Shown: positions 23,672 through 32,509, counted from the first letter of the stretch. The stretch is DNA of 36,260 nucleotides from Chloroflexota bacterium (GCA_031365595.1 JANLYK010000292.1:1-36260); one strand, 5' to 3'. Program-made: numbers and translations. The notes: a model not told the origin generated them from the sequence alone.

Positions 23672-24360
23672 CCGAGTTCATCTTCATGCTCACCCACAGC
23701 GACCGGACGGTGCCAAATGCGCGCGCGGTCTACGACGCGGTCCGCTCGACGGCGTTGCGCTACGTCGGGTTCAAGGACATCGGCCTGCCCATCGCCGAGC
23801 TGCGCGAGCTTGCGACGGCGATCCGGGCCGACGGCCGTGAGGTGATGCTGGAGGTCGTGTCGGAGGACAAGGGGGAGGAGCTTCGCTCCATGCGGGCCGC
23901 GCTCGAGATCGGCGTCGACTGGCTGCTCGGCGGCACCCACCCCGACGAGGCCCTCGAGATCCTCGCCGGCAGCGACGTGCGCTACTGCCCGTTCCCGGGC
24001 CGCGTCATCGGCCATCCGAGCCTGCTCCGAGGGACGATCGATGAGATCGCGTCCGACGCGGCCGCGCTCACCGCCCGGCCCGGCGTCCACGGCGTCGACC
24101 TCCTGGCGTACCGCTACGACGGGGACGTCGAGGCCCTGACCGCGGCCGTGAAGGAGCGCGCGACGGGGCCGGTCATCGCGGCGGGGAGCGTCGACTCGCT
24201 CGAAAGAATCGCGGCCCTCGCCCGGATCGGCGTGTGGGGCTTCACGATCGGTGGCGCGATCTTCGACGGTCGGTTCGCGGGAGCGCCGTCGGTCGCCACC
24301 CAGATCGAGACGGTGCTCGCGGTGCTCGATTCACCGGCGGCGCCCAGCCAAGGCGCGTGA
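23668..24360 (+). CDS. Uncharacterised protein, probable phosphate-binding (beta/alpha)8 barrel
   Basis: ATG 23668 in an ATGA overlap. Third positions are G/C-rich throughout. The C-terminal block GPVIAAGSVDSLERIAALARIGVWGFTIGGAIF resembles the phosphate-binding beta7-beta8 segment of NanE/GlpP/PcrB-type barrels. No family assignment is possible by eye. Confidence 0.5.
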   Translation: MTEFIFMLTHSDRTVPNARAVYDAVRSTALRYVGFKDIGLPIAELRELATAIRADGREVMLEVVSEDKGEELRSMRAALEIGVDWLLGGTHPDEALEILAGSDVRYCPFPGRVIGHPSLLRGTIDEIASDAAALTARPGVHGVDLLAYRYDGDVEALTAAVKERATGPVIAAGSVDSLERIAALARIGVWGFTIGGAIFDGRFAGAPSVATQIETVLAVLDSPAAPSQGA

Positions 24361-24404
24361 CACCGACGACTCGCAGCGCTCGCGATGTGTGGGCTGATCG
24401 CGCC

Positions 24405-24433
24405 TTGACATCATACGTCTTACCACTTACGGT
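24405..24433 (+). promoter_or_regulatory. Promoter-like element upstream of the GlpA-like/glpK operon
   Basis: TTGACA 24405-24410, 17-nt spacer, TACGGT 24428-24433. The spacer holds GTCTTAC (24417-24423) and box TCTTACCACTT (24418-24428). Heptads run TGACATC/ATACGTC/TTACCAC/TTACGGT. Confidence 0.45.
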
Positions 24434-24450
24434 CGCGCTGTGAATCGCGG

Positions 24451-26805
24451 ATGGATCGGATGACCGTCGACACGGCCGAGGCCGTCGTGATCGGCGGCGG
24501 CGTGGTCGGCTGCGCGGTCCTCCTCGAGCTCTCATCTCGCGGAATCGAGGCTGTCCTCGTCGAGTGCGAGCCGGACATCGGCGAAGGTGCCAGCAAGGCG
24601 AACAGCGCGATCATCCACACCGGCTTCGACGCGAAGCCAGGGACGCACGAGGCACGCCTGCTCCGTCGGTCGGCCGCGCGCTGGCCCGAGCTGCTCGAGG
24701 CTCTCGGCGTTCCCGCGCTCACCTGCGGCGCCCTGATGGTCGCCCGGACCGGCGACGACGCGGCACGCCTCGGGGCGATCCAGGACATTGCGGCTGAGCA
24801 CGGCGTCGGGACCGAGGTCGTCGATTCGGCATGGATCCGCCAGAACGCGCCATACATCGATCCGTCCGCCACGGCCGCGCTCCACGTCCCCGGCGAAACG
24901 ATCGTCGACCCGTTCTGGCTGACCCGGGCGTACGCCGAGGCAGCCATCGCGCTGGGCGGCCGGGTGCTGACCGACGCGCGCGTCGCGCGAATGGCGGTCG
25001 CGCCCGACTCCGTCGAGATCGGGCTCGTGAACGGCCGCTCGATCCGGGCCGGGCAGGTGTTCGACTGCGCGGGCGTCCGGGCCGACGAGGTTGCCGCGCT
25101 CGCCGGCGACACGAGCTTCGCGCTCACCCCGCGCAAGGGCCAGTTCCTCGTCAGCGAGCGGACGTTCGGGGTCGACCGGATCGTGCTGCCGATCCCGGGG
25201 CCGCTGGGCAAGGGGATGCTCGTCACCCCGATCGTCTTTGGCGGGGTCCTCCTCGGTCCGACCGCGGAGGACGGTCAGGACAAGGCGGATCGATCCACGA
25301 CCGAGACCGGCCGGCAGCGGATCCTGGCGGCATGCCGCGAGCTGGTGCCCGACGTGGACGGCATGGAGCCGATCCGGGGCTTTGCGGGCGTCCGCGCAGT
25401 CTCGAGCACGGGCGACTACATCATCCGCCCGTCCACCGCGGGCGATCGCCTGACGATCGTCGCCGGCATCCGCTCGACCGGAGTCAGCGCATCGCCGGCC
25501 ATCGCCGAGGCGGCGGTCGAGCTGGCGAGCGCCGCACGCGGCTGGTCCGCGCGGCAGGCGGCTCGCGTCGAGCCCCTCGCCGGGCCCGAGCTGGGCGTGG
25601 ACGCCGGCCCGGTGATCTGCGTGTGCCGCTCGGTCGGTGGCGCGGAGGCCGCGGCCGCCCTCGCCGGACCGACGGGAGCGGTCACGACTGACGGGCTCAA
25701 GCGGCGCTGCGGCGTCGGGTTCGGTGACTGCCAGGGCAATCGCTGCCTGGCTGCCGCCCTCGAGCTTGTCGCGCGTGCCCGGGGCGTTCTGCCCACTGAG
25801 GTCGAGAAGCATTTGGCCGGCTCATGGCTCGTCGCCGCGATCGGCGAGGAGGATCCGGTCGACAATCCCGACGCCCGGCTCGCGTCCGTGGGTCCGCCGT
25901 CGTCGGGCGGCTTCGGCAGGCCGTCGGTCCTGGTCGTCGGTGGCGGGCTCGCGGGGATCGGCGCTGCCGTCGCCCTTGCCGAGCGGGGCCTGGCGGTTCT
26001 CGTGGTCGATCGCGGTAGTCGCCCCGGCGGGACGCTGGCTGCACTAGCCCGCTCGTGGTGGAGCGAACAGGAAATCGCGGCCGCCCGACGGTTGGCCGAG
26101 CTGATGGCGACGGGCCGTGTGCGCTGGTGGAGCGAGGCGACCGTAGTGGGCCTGGGCGAGTCGCCGGCTGGGTGGATCGTCGACGTCGCCGCGGCCTCGG
26201 AAAGCCACGCCGTCGAGGCCCGCGGCGTGGTCCTCGCGACGGGCAGCTACCTCGAGCCCCGGGAGCATCGCTCGATGGACGGCCCCCGCCCGAGCGGGAT
26301 CATGACAGCCGATTTCGCGACCGACGCGCTCGATCGCGGCTGGCGACCGGGACGCAGCGCCATCGTGATCGGCGATGGCCGGATCGCGCGGTCCGTGGCC
26401 GCCCGGCTCACGCAGGCCGGGATCGACGTGGTCGTCGGGCCCGGGTCCGGCGATGAGCGCAACTGCGGGGGGAGCGTGCGCGCGGTGCGCGGCGAACGAC
26501 GGCTCGAGGCGGTCGCGCTCGGTGAGTCGTGGGTCGCGGCGGACACCCTGGTCCTCGCGGACGCCGTCCGCCCTGCCTCGTTCCTGCTGCGCGGGCTCGG
26601 GATCGGCGACGACGGGCCCGGCGTGGCGATGCCGGCTGACGCGTCGGGAGCGCTGCCGCTACCTACCCTGTGGGCGGCCGGGACGTGCGTCGACCCGCGC
26701 GTGGATCATGACCGGTCGCTCGCGGCAGGCACGGCGATCGGGCGCGTGGTGGCTGCCGCCTTCATGGGATCCGGGCTGACCACGACCGCGGATCCGCGAG
26801 CGTGA
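24451..26805 (+). CDS. Fused FAD-dependent glycerol-3-phosphate dehydrogenase-like oxidoreductase (GlpA/LhgO-like domain + BFD-like [2Fe-2S] domain + pyridine-nucleotide-disulfide-oxidoreductase-like domain)
   Basis: N-terminal AVVIGGGVVGCAVLLELSSRG..SKANSAIIHTG. Cys cluster C390-x-C392...C420-x6-C427-x4-C432 (nt about 25618-25746). Second Rossmann module from about residue 490: SVLVVGGGLAGIGAAVALAERGLAVLVVDRGSRPGG, IVIGDGRIARSVAARL, LWAAGTC. Start is ATG 24451 or ATG 24460. Confidence 0.75.
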   Translation: MDRMTVDTAEAVVIGGGVVGCAVLLELSSRGIEAVLVECEPDIGEGASKANSAIIHTGFDAKPGTHEARLLRRSAARWPELLEALGVPALTCGALMVARTGDDAARLGAIQDIAAEHGVGTEVVDSAWIRQNAPYIDPSATAALHVPGETIVDPFWLTRAYAEAAIALGGRVLTDARVARMAVAPDSVEIGLVNGRSIRAGQVFDCAGVRADEVAALAGDTSFALTPRKGQFLVSERTFGVDRIVLPIPGPLGKGMLVTPIVFGGVLLGPTAEDGQDKADRSTTETGRQRILAACRELVPDVDGMEPIRGFAGVRAVSSTGDYIIRPSTAGDRLTIVAGIRSTGVSASPAIAEAAVELASAARGWSARQAARVEPLAGPELGVDAGPVICVCRSVGGAEAAAALAGPTGAVTTDGLKRRCGVGFGDCQGNRCLAAALELVARARGVLPTEVEKHLAGSWLVAAIGEEDPVDNPDARLASVGPPSSGGFGRPSVLVVGGGLAGIGAAVALAERGLAVLVVDRGSRPGGTLAALARSWWSEQEIAAARRLAELMATGRVRWWSEATVVGLGESPAGWIVDVAAASESHAVEARGVVLATGSYLEPREHRSMDGPRPSGIMTADFATDALDRGWRPGRSAIVIGDGRIARSVAARLTQAGIDVVVGPGSGDERNCGGSVRAVRGERRLEAVALGESWVAADTLVLADAVRPASFLLRGLGIGDDGPGVAMPADASGALPLPTLWAAGTCVDPRVDHDRSLAAGTAIGRVVAAAFMGSGLTTTADPRA

Positions 26806-26845
26806 TCCGCGTTCGACCGGCGTCGCCGGGCTCCGGGGCGGGACG

Positions 26846-27370
26846 ATGACCGTCCTCGCCGAGGAAACTGTCGTCGTCACGGCCGACCGGGCGCGCATTT
26901 GGCCGGTGTTCTCCGACGCGAACCTCCTCGGTCGAGTGCTGCCAGGCTGCGAGCAGCTCGCCTCCGCCGGCCCCGACACGTACCGCGGCGTGCTGGCCAC
27001 GAAGCTCCAGTTCCTGACCATCCGAGCCGACGTCACCGCAACGCTGACCGACCTGCGCTCGCCGGATCATCTTCAGCTCGAGCTCGACGGGCGGCCGCGT
27101 GGCCTTGCCGGCGGGTTCCGGGCGATCATCCCCATCGTGCTCGAAGAGGTGCCGGGCGGGACGCGGATCAGTTACCGGCTCGAGCTGACGACGACCGGTC
27201 GGCTGGCCTCGTTCGGCGCCCCACTCCTGCGTGATTCGTTCCGCCGCCAGGTCGCGAGCCTCGTGGCCAATCTCGAGCGCGAGCTCAGCCGTCCCGGCGG
27301 CGTCAGCGAGCCGGACGGACCGGGCCCCGGCGCCGACGACTCAGGCCGACCCGCACCGGGTGCCGAGTGA
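26846..27370 (+). CDS. SRPBCC superfamily protein, CoxG-like
   Basis: About 150 aa core (RIWPVFSDANLLGRVLPGCEQL...ATKLQFLTIRADV...GGTRISYRLELTTTGRLASFG) typical of CoxG/SRPBCC ligand-binding folds, followed by a Pro/Gly-rich tail. The stop overlaps the glpK GTG (GTGA). Confidence 0.6.
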   Translation: MTVLAEETVVVTADRARIWPVFSDANLLGRVLPGCEQLASAGPDTYRGVLATKLQFLTIRADVTATLTDLRSPDHLQLELDGRPRGLAGGFRAIIPIVLEEVPGGTRISYRLELTTTGRLASFGAPLLRDSFRRQVASLVANLERELSRPGGVSEPDGPGPGADDSGRPAPGAE

Positions 27371-28872
27371 CGCCCGACCTGGTGATGGCCGTCGATCAGG
27401 GCACGAGCTCGACCCGCGCCATCGTGTACGACGCGACCTGGTCCGAGATCGCGAGTGCGAGCCGGAGCCTGACGACCGACCACCCACGGCCGGGTTGGGC
27501 AGAGCAGGATCCCGAGGCCATCCTGGCCTCGGTCGTGGACGTCGCCGCCGAGGTCCTGGCCGAAGTGGGCGGCCCCCGGCGCATTGCCGCGCTCGGAGTC
27601 GCCAACCAGGGCGAGACCGTCGTTGCGTGGGACCGCGCGACAGGTGCAGCGCTCGGGCCGGCGGTCCTGTGGAGCTGCCGGCGGAGCCAGCCTCTCGTGG
27701 ACCGCGTCGCGGGAGACGGCCACGGGGCCGCGATCCGGGAGCTCACTGGGCTGCCGCTCGACGCCTACTTCTCTGCCTCCAAGATCCGCTGGCTGCTTGA
27801 GGAGATTCCGCAGATCGCGGCCGCCGCGACCGGCGACAGCCTCGCCGTCGGCACGGTCGATGCATGGTTGACCGCGCGCCTCGGGCCGCGGCCCCAGACG
27901 GACCCATCGACCGCCTCCCGGACCCAGCTCTTCGGGCTCGAGTCGCTTTCCTGGAGCGAGGATCTGGCGCGCTGGTGGGATGTGCCGTTGCGCGCGCTCC
28001 CGGCCGTGGTTCCGTCGGTGGGCGAACTCGGCGTGATGGCCCACCCGTCGTGGGGCGGTGCGCTTCCACTCCGGGCGATGCTCTGCGACCAGCAGGCGGC
28101 GCTGGTGGGACAGGGTGGATTCCGGGAGGGGCTCATCAAGGCGACGCTCGGGACCGGCGTGTTCGTGCTGGCGAACGCTGGCGGCGCCGTGCCGGACGCC
28201 CCCGAGGGGATCCTCGTGACCATTGCCTGGACCGATGGCGGCGGGCGGGCGACCTATGCCTTCGACGGCGGGGTGTTCAGCGCGGGCGCCCTCCTCAGAT
28301 ACCTTCACGACGGCCTCGGCGTCATCGACGTTCCCTCGGAGCTCGACCGCCTCGCGAGTGAGGTCGACGATGCGGCAGGGGTCCGCATCCTGCCGGCTCT
28401 CACCGGCCTGGGCGCGCCGTGGTGGGAGCCCGGCGCCCGGGCCGTGATCGCCGGGCTGTCCCCGGTCGCCGGCCGCGCCAACGTCGCGCGGGCGGCCATC
28501 GATGCAATCGCCCAGCGAACGGCCGACGTCGTCGAGGCGATGGATGGGCGATCGGCGGACGCCGGCGGGCCACTCCGGGTGGACGGCGGCCTGACCGGGA
28601 GCCGTCTTCTCGTCGAGCGCCTGGCCGACATCGTCGGCCGCCCGGTCGAGGTTGCCGCAGCGACGGAGTCGACCGCCCTGGGCGTCGCTCTCATGGCGGC
28701 GATGGGAGCCGGTCGCCTGAGCAAGAACGAAGCGTCCGCGGTCGCCGGGACCGCGCGTCGAGTCGAGCCGCGTCTTGCCGAGCGCGAGCGGCTGGCGCAG
28801 CGATCGGCGTGGCGGACCTTCGTCCGGCGTGCCGCAGAACTTGCCGAGCCCGCCGGTGTCGTCGTTCCGTGA
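27367..28872 (+). CDS. glpK: Glycerol kinase
   Basis: Co-linear with E. coli GlpK by eye: AVDQGTSSTRAIV, HPRPGWAEQDP, GVANQGETVVAWD, VLWSCRRS, AYFSASKIRWLL, GTVDAWL, CDQQAALVGQG, TLGTGVF, GLGAPWWEP, RVDGGLT. Confidence 0.9.
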   Translation: MTPDLVMAVDQGTSSTRAIVYDATWSEIASASRSLTTDHPRPGWAEQDPEAILASVVDVAAEVLAEVGGPRRIAALGVANQGETVVAWDRATGAALGPAVLWSCRRSQPLVDRVAGDGHGAAIRELTGLPLDAYFSASKIRWLLEEIPQIAAAATGDSLAVGTVDAWLTARLGPRPQTDPSTASRTQLFGLESLSWSEDLARWWDVPLRALPAVVPSVGELGVMAHPSWGGALPLRAMLCDQQAALVGQGGFREGLIKATLGTGVFVLANAGGAVPDAPEGILVTIAWTDGGGRATYAFDGGVFSAGALLRYLHDGLGVIDVPSELDRLASEVDDAAGVRILPALTGLGAPWWEPGARAVIAGLSPVAGRANVARAAIDAIAQRTADVVEAMDGRSADAGGPLRVDGGLTGSRLLVERLADIVGRPVEVAAATESTALGVALMAAMGAGRLSKNEASAVAGTARRVEPRLAERERLAQRSAWRTFVRRAAELAEPAGVVVP

Positions 28873-28919
28873 GGAAGCTCCGCCGGCCCGACCACGACGC
28901 ACCCAGGAGGTAGGCGCAC

Positions 28920-29708
28920 ATGACCGCAAACCCGTGGCTCAACCGGTCACGTCCACTGTCGATCGCCCATCGCGGCCACTCGATCGAGGTTCCCGAGAAC
29001 ACCCTCGAGGCGTACCGGCGCGCGATCGAGCTCGGCATCGAGATGATCGAGTGCGACGTCAACATGACCCGCGACGGCGAGCTCGTGATGATCCACGACT
29101 GGAAAGTGGACCGCACGACCGATGGCAGCGGCCGGGTGCGCGACCTCAGCCTCGAGGAGATCGGACGGCTCGACGCGGGCTCGTGGTTCGACCGCACCTG
29201 CACGGGCATCCGCGTTCCGACCACGGCCGACACGATCGAGCTTGCCCGCGAGGCAGGCGTCCTCATGTGCTTCGAGGTCAAGGGCGAGACGCCCGCCGAC
29301 TACCGGCGCACCGGCGAGGCCCTGGCGGACCTCCTGGCCGCCCGCGACGCGCTCGGCTGGGCATTCATGTCAAGCTATAACCACGACGCGCTTACGGCCG
29401 CTCGAGCGCGCGTCCCCGAGCTTCTCCTGGCGCCGGAGCGCCTGCCGGACGACAGCCCGCCGCCGCCCGGCGAAGGAGTCCGCCAGGCGCAGGCGCTGGG
29501 CGCCCAGGTGCTCCAGAACCACTGGCGGTTCATCACGCCCGAACTGGTGGCCAGCCTTCACGAGAACGGCATCGCGCTCTGGTCCTGGCCCACCACCGAG
29601 GAGGCGGAGATCGCGTCGAGCCTGGCCGCAGGTGCAGACGGCGTCATGGGTGACGACGCTGCCGCGCTCGTTCGCGCGGTCGCCGGGCTCGAGGAAACGG
29701 GGCGGTGA
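28920..29708 (+). CDS. Glycerophosphodiester phosphodiesterase (GDPD), paralog 2
   Basis: ATG 28920 after AGGAGG. Motifs AHRG, PENTLEAYRRAIELGIEMIECDVNMTRDG, HDWKVDRTTDG, LDAGSWF. Co-linear with 13037-13840. Confidence 0.85.
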   Translation: MTANPWLNRSRPLSIAHRGHSIEVPENTLEAYRRAIELGIEMIECDVNMTRDGELVMIHDWKVDRTTDGSGRVRDLSLEEIGRLDAGSWFDRTCTGIRVPTTADTIELAREAGVLMCFEVKGETPADYRRTGEALADLLAARDALGWAFMSSYNHDALTAARARVPELLLAPERLPDDSPPPPGEGVRQAQALGAQVLQNHWRFITPELVASLHENGIALWSWPTTEEAEIASSLAAGADGVMGDDAAALVRAVAGLEETGR

Positions 29709-30916
29709 CCGTCGGCCAGGACAGGGCGGCTGCCGTCCGGCCGTGGCGCCCGGCGCAGGTCCCGATTCGAGTCGGGCTCATCGGCCTCGGTCACGTCGGG
29801 CTCGGCCATCACGTCCCGGCGCTCCTGGCGCTCCCCGAGCTCGTCCGGGTCGTGGCCGTCGCTGACCCATCGCCGGAGCGGCGGGCGCTGGCGGCCCGGG
29901 CACTCGATCTCGACGGCGGCTCCGTTCATGCGACGCCCGAGGCCCTGCTCGGCCGGGACGACGTCGATGTCGTCGATCTCGCCACGCCGCCCCACGTCCG
30001 GACGCCGCTGGCGATCGAGGCTCTGGGCCGGGGCATGGCGATCCTGTGCGAGAAGCCGATCGCCCTCACCCCGGCCGACGGGATGGCGATCGCCGCCGCG
30101 GCGGCCGCCAGCGGTGCACCGGCGGCGATCATTCACAACTGGCTCGCGCTCCCCGAGATCGTGGCTGCCTGCGACGCAATTGCCGCGGGATCGATCGGGC
30201 GGCCGGAGATCGCCATCCTCAACCTGCTGGGCGTGGAGGATCGGCCGGGCAGCAGCGGCTGGCAGCCGAACTGGCGGCATGATCCGGCCATCGCCGGCGG
30301 CGGCGTCCTGATGGACATGCTCCACGTCATCTACGTCGCCGAAGCGCTCCTGGAGCGGCCGTTCCGGCGCGTCTCCGCCGAGGTCCTCGCCCGGGCTGGC
30401 GGCGCGCCGGTGGAGGACGTCGCGCTGTGCCGCTTCGAGGCGGACGATGGCTTCGCCCTCGTCAACGTGGGCTGGGGCGTCGGGCCTGGGGGCATCGCGG
30501 TCTCCGGACCTGACGGGCGCATCGAGATCGGCTTCGAGGGAGGCGGGACGGGCCCGTTCGCGCCGCTCCAATCGGTTCGCCTCACGCGGCGCGACGGTCG
30601 GGTCGAGGACCTGACGCCGCCGCTCCCGCCGGCCGACGGCTCGATCGACGTTCGCGTGAAGGAAACGTTTCGTGCGTACTTCGAGCGCCTGGCGGACGGG
30701 CAGCCGCCGGCGGCCACCGCGCTCGACGGCGTCCGTGCGCTCGAGGCGACGCTCGGGGCGTACGCGTCAGCGGCGACCGGACGGACGATCGACCTTCCTC
30801 TCTCGCCGGAGGACCCGGTCCACCGACTCGGGATCGCAGGACTGGCCGAGCTCCCGCTCGCGCCCGGCGGCGCCATTGTCCGCCAAGGGATCTTCGGCAT
30901 TTCGTCAGGTCGCTGA
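29705..30916 (+). CDS. Gfo/Idh/MocA family NAD(P)-dependent oxidoreductase
   Basis: GTG 29705 in a GTGA overlap. N-terminal Rossmann IRVGLIGLGHVG, LCEKP motif, C-terminal alpha/beta oligomerisation-type domain. Confidence 0.8.
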   Translation: MTVGQDRAAAVRPWRPAQVPIRVGLIGLGHVGLGHHVPALLALPELVRVVAVADPSPERRALAARALDLDGGSVHATPEALLGRDDVDVVDLATPPHVRTPLAIEALGRGMAILCEKPIALTPADGMAIAAAAAASGAPAAIIHNWLALPEIVAACDAIAAGSIGRPEIAILNLLGVEDRPGSSGWQPNWRHDPAIAGGGVLMDMLHVIYVAEALLERPFRRVSAEVLARAGGAPVEDVALCRFEADDGFALVNVGWGVGPGGIAVSGPDGRIEIGFEGGGTGPFAPLQSVRLTRRDGRVEDLTPPLPPADGSIDVRVKETFRAYFERLADGQPPAATALDGVRALEATLGAYASAATGRTIDLPLSPEDPVHRLGIAGLAELPLAPGGAIVRQGIFGISSGR

Positions 30917-30925
30917 GGAGGTCAG

Positions 30926-31870
30926 ATGGAGCTCGGGATCTACACGGACTCGCTGTCGGCGCTGGACCGGAGCGCCGCCCTCGACGTCGCGGTCGACATC
31001 GGGGCGACGGCCATCGAGATCGCGACCGGAGGTCAGTCGTCCGCACCGCATCTCGCTCGAGCGGACCTGCTCCACTCGGCCGATGCCCGATCGCGCCTCC
31101 TCGACGAGATCGAGAGCCGCGGACTGCGCCTGGCGGCCCTGAACTGTTCGGCTTGGCTGCTCCATCCGCGCCGTGCCGCGGAGCAGCGGGCGATCGTCGA
31201 GGAGACCTTCCGGCTCGCGACGCTTTTGGGGGTCGAAACCGTGGTCACGATGTCCGGCTGTCCGGGCGACGGCTCGACGTCCACCACCGTCAATTGGCCG
31301 GTCTACGCGTGGCCCGACGAGCTCCTGGATCTCCAACGCCGGCAATGGGACGAGATGGTCGACCTGTGGCACGGGCTGGCCCCGCTGGCGCTCGACGCCG
31401 GTGTCCGCGTCGCGCTCGAGCTCCATCCCCTCCAGCTCGTCTACAACGTCCCGACGCTGCTCGATCTCCGCTCGGCCGTCGGCGACGTCCTCGGGGCGAA
31501 CATGGATCCGTCGCACCTGTTCTGGCAGCAGATGGATCCGCTGGCCGTGATCGCGGCGCTCGGCCCGGCGATCCATCACGTCCACCTGAAGGACACGGCG
31601 CTCGTGCCGGCCCAGGTCGCGATCGCCGGCGTGCTCGACCTGCGCTCCTTCGACCGGCCGGATGGTCGAGCCTGGAACTTCCGGACGGTCGGCCGCGGCC
31701 ATGACCGTGCCTTCTGGTCGGCGTTCGTGGCGGTCCTCGCGGCGACCGGGTACGACGGCCCCCTGTGCATCGAGCACGAGGACAGATCCGAGGATCCGCT
31801 GGTCGGGGTGACCGAGTCGGCGGCCTTCGCGCGCGAAATCCTCGCCGATGGCGTGTCAGTCAGGGTGTGA
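30926..31870 (+). CDS. Sugar phosphate isomerase/epimerase (xylose isomerase-like TIM barrel, AP endonuclease 2 family)
   Basis: ATG 30926 after GAGGAGG. Metal-ligand-type blocks in order: ALELHP, NMDPSHLF, HHVHLKD, CIEHED. Confidence 0.75.
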   Translation: MELGIYTDSLSALDRSAALDVAVDIGATAIEIATGGQSSAPHLARADLLHSADARSRLLDEIESRGLRLAALNCSAWLLHPRRAAEQRAIVEETFRLATLLGVETVVTMSGCPGDGSTSTTVNWPVYAWPDELLDLQRRQWDEMVDLWHGLAPLALDAGVRVALELHPLQLVYNVPTLLDLRSAVGDVLGANMDPSHLFWQQMDPLAVIAALGPAIHHVHLKDTALVPAQVAIAGVLDLRSFDRPDGRAWNFRTVGRGHDRAFWSAFVAVLAATGYDGPLCIEHEDRSEDPLVGVTESAAFAREILADGVSVRV

Positions 31871-31900
31871 CACGCGAGGTCGAAAAACCGCCGGCGACGC

Positions 31901-32509
31901 TCAGTCGTCCACCGACTGGTCGTTGTCCAACCCGTCGACCCGGTTGCCGGTCGGCCCTTGCCGGCGACGACGGAGCGACGCGATCCCGGCCAGCGTGGCG
32001 ATGACAGCCGGGCCCACGAGGCTAAGGGCGCCCACGAACCATGCAACACCGACGACCCCGACCCCGGCCGGCGAGTCGAGCCGGGGGTAGGGCAGCGGCG
32101 CGGTGCCCGCCATCGAGGCGACCAGTTCGAGCGGTTCGCGCAGCGCGCCGACGTCATCGGGCGGCAGGAGATCGGCGACGACCTCCGCTACCGCTGCATC
32201 CTCGATCGCCGCGATCAGTCGGGCGCGATCGGTCGGACGACTCATCGAGCGGCCCCAGTTCAGCCCGAGCCACGTCGCGTCGTAGCTGCGGAACGAGAAG
32301 GCGCGGACGATCGCGTCACGGGCGCGTGCCGGGGCCTCTCGCGCCTCGGTGCGGCGTCCCGCGGACTCAGCGGCGTCGAGGGCCCGCTGGAGGAGCTCGG
32401 TCCGGGCCGACGCGTCCGGTTCGGGCAGGGCGAGCATCGCGAGATCGTCGAGATTCAGGTGGCTCAGGCGCTCGAGGAACGGAGCGACGCGATCGACGCG
32501 GGCGGTCAT
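31901..32509 (-). CDS. Hypothetical protein with C-terminal transmembrane anchor
   Basis: ATG at 32509. G/C-rich third positions throughout. Soluble Ala/Arg/Asp-rich domain, then the hydrophobic stretch GVGVVGVAWFVGALSLVGPAVIATLAGIA followed by RRRRQ. No family recognised. Confidence 0.55.
   Translation of the reverse strand: MTARVDRVAPFLERLSHLNLDDLAMLALPEPDASARTELLQRALDAAESAGRRTEAREAPARARDAIVRAFSFRSYDATWLGLNWGRSMSRPTDRARLIAAIEDAAVAEVVADLLPPDDVGALREPLELVASMAGTAPLPYPRLDSPAGVGVVGVAWFVGALSLVGPAVIATLAGIASLRRRRQGPTGNRVDGLDNDQSVDD

Noticed and set aside
23668-24450. GlpP-type antiterminator controlling the downstream glp operon
   Set aside because: The resemblance to GlpP is limited to the C-terminal barrel segment. 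The putative leader between the -10 element (24428-24433) and the start (24451/24460) is too short to hold a terminator/antiterminator.
27172-28929. Antisense ORF of 585 aa opposite glpK
   Set aside because: It is the shadow of a very well supported glycerol kinase gene and has no motifs.
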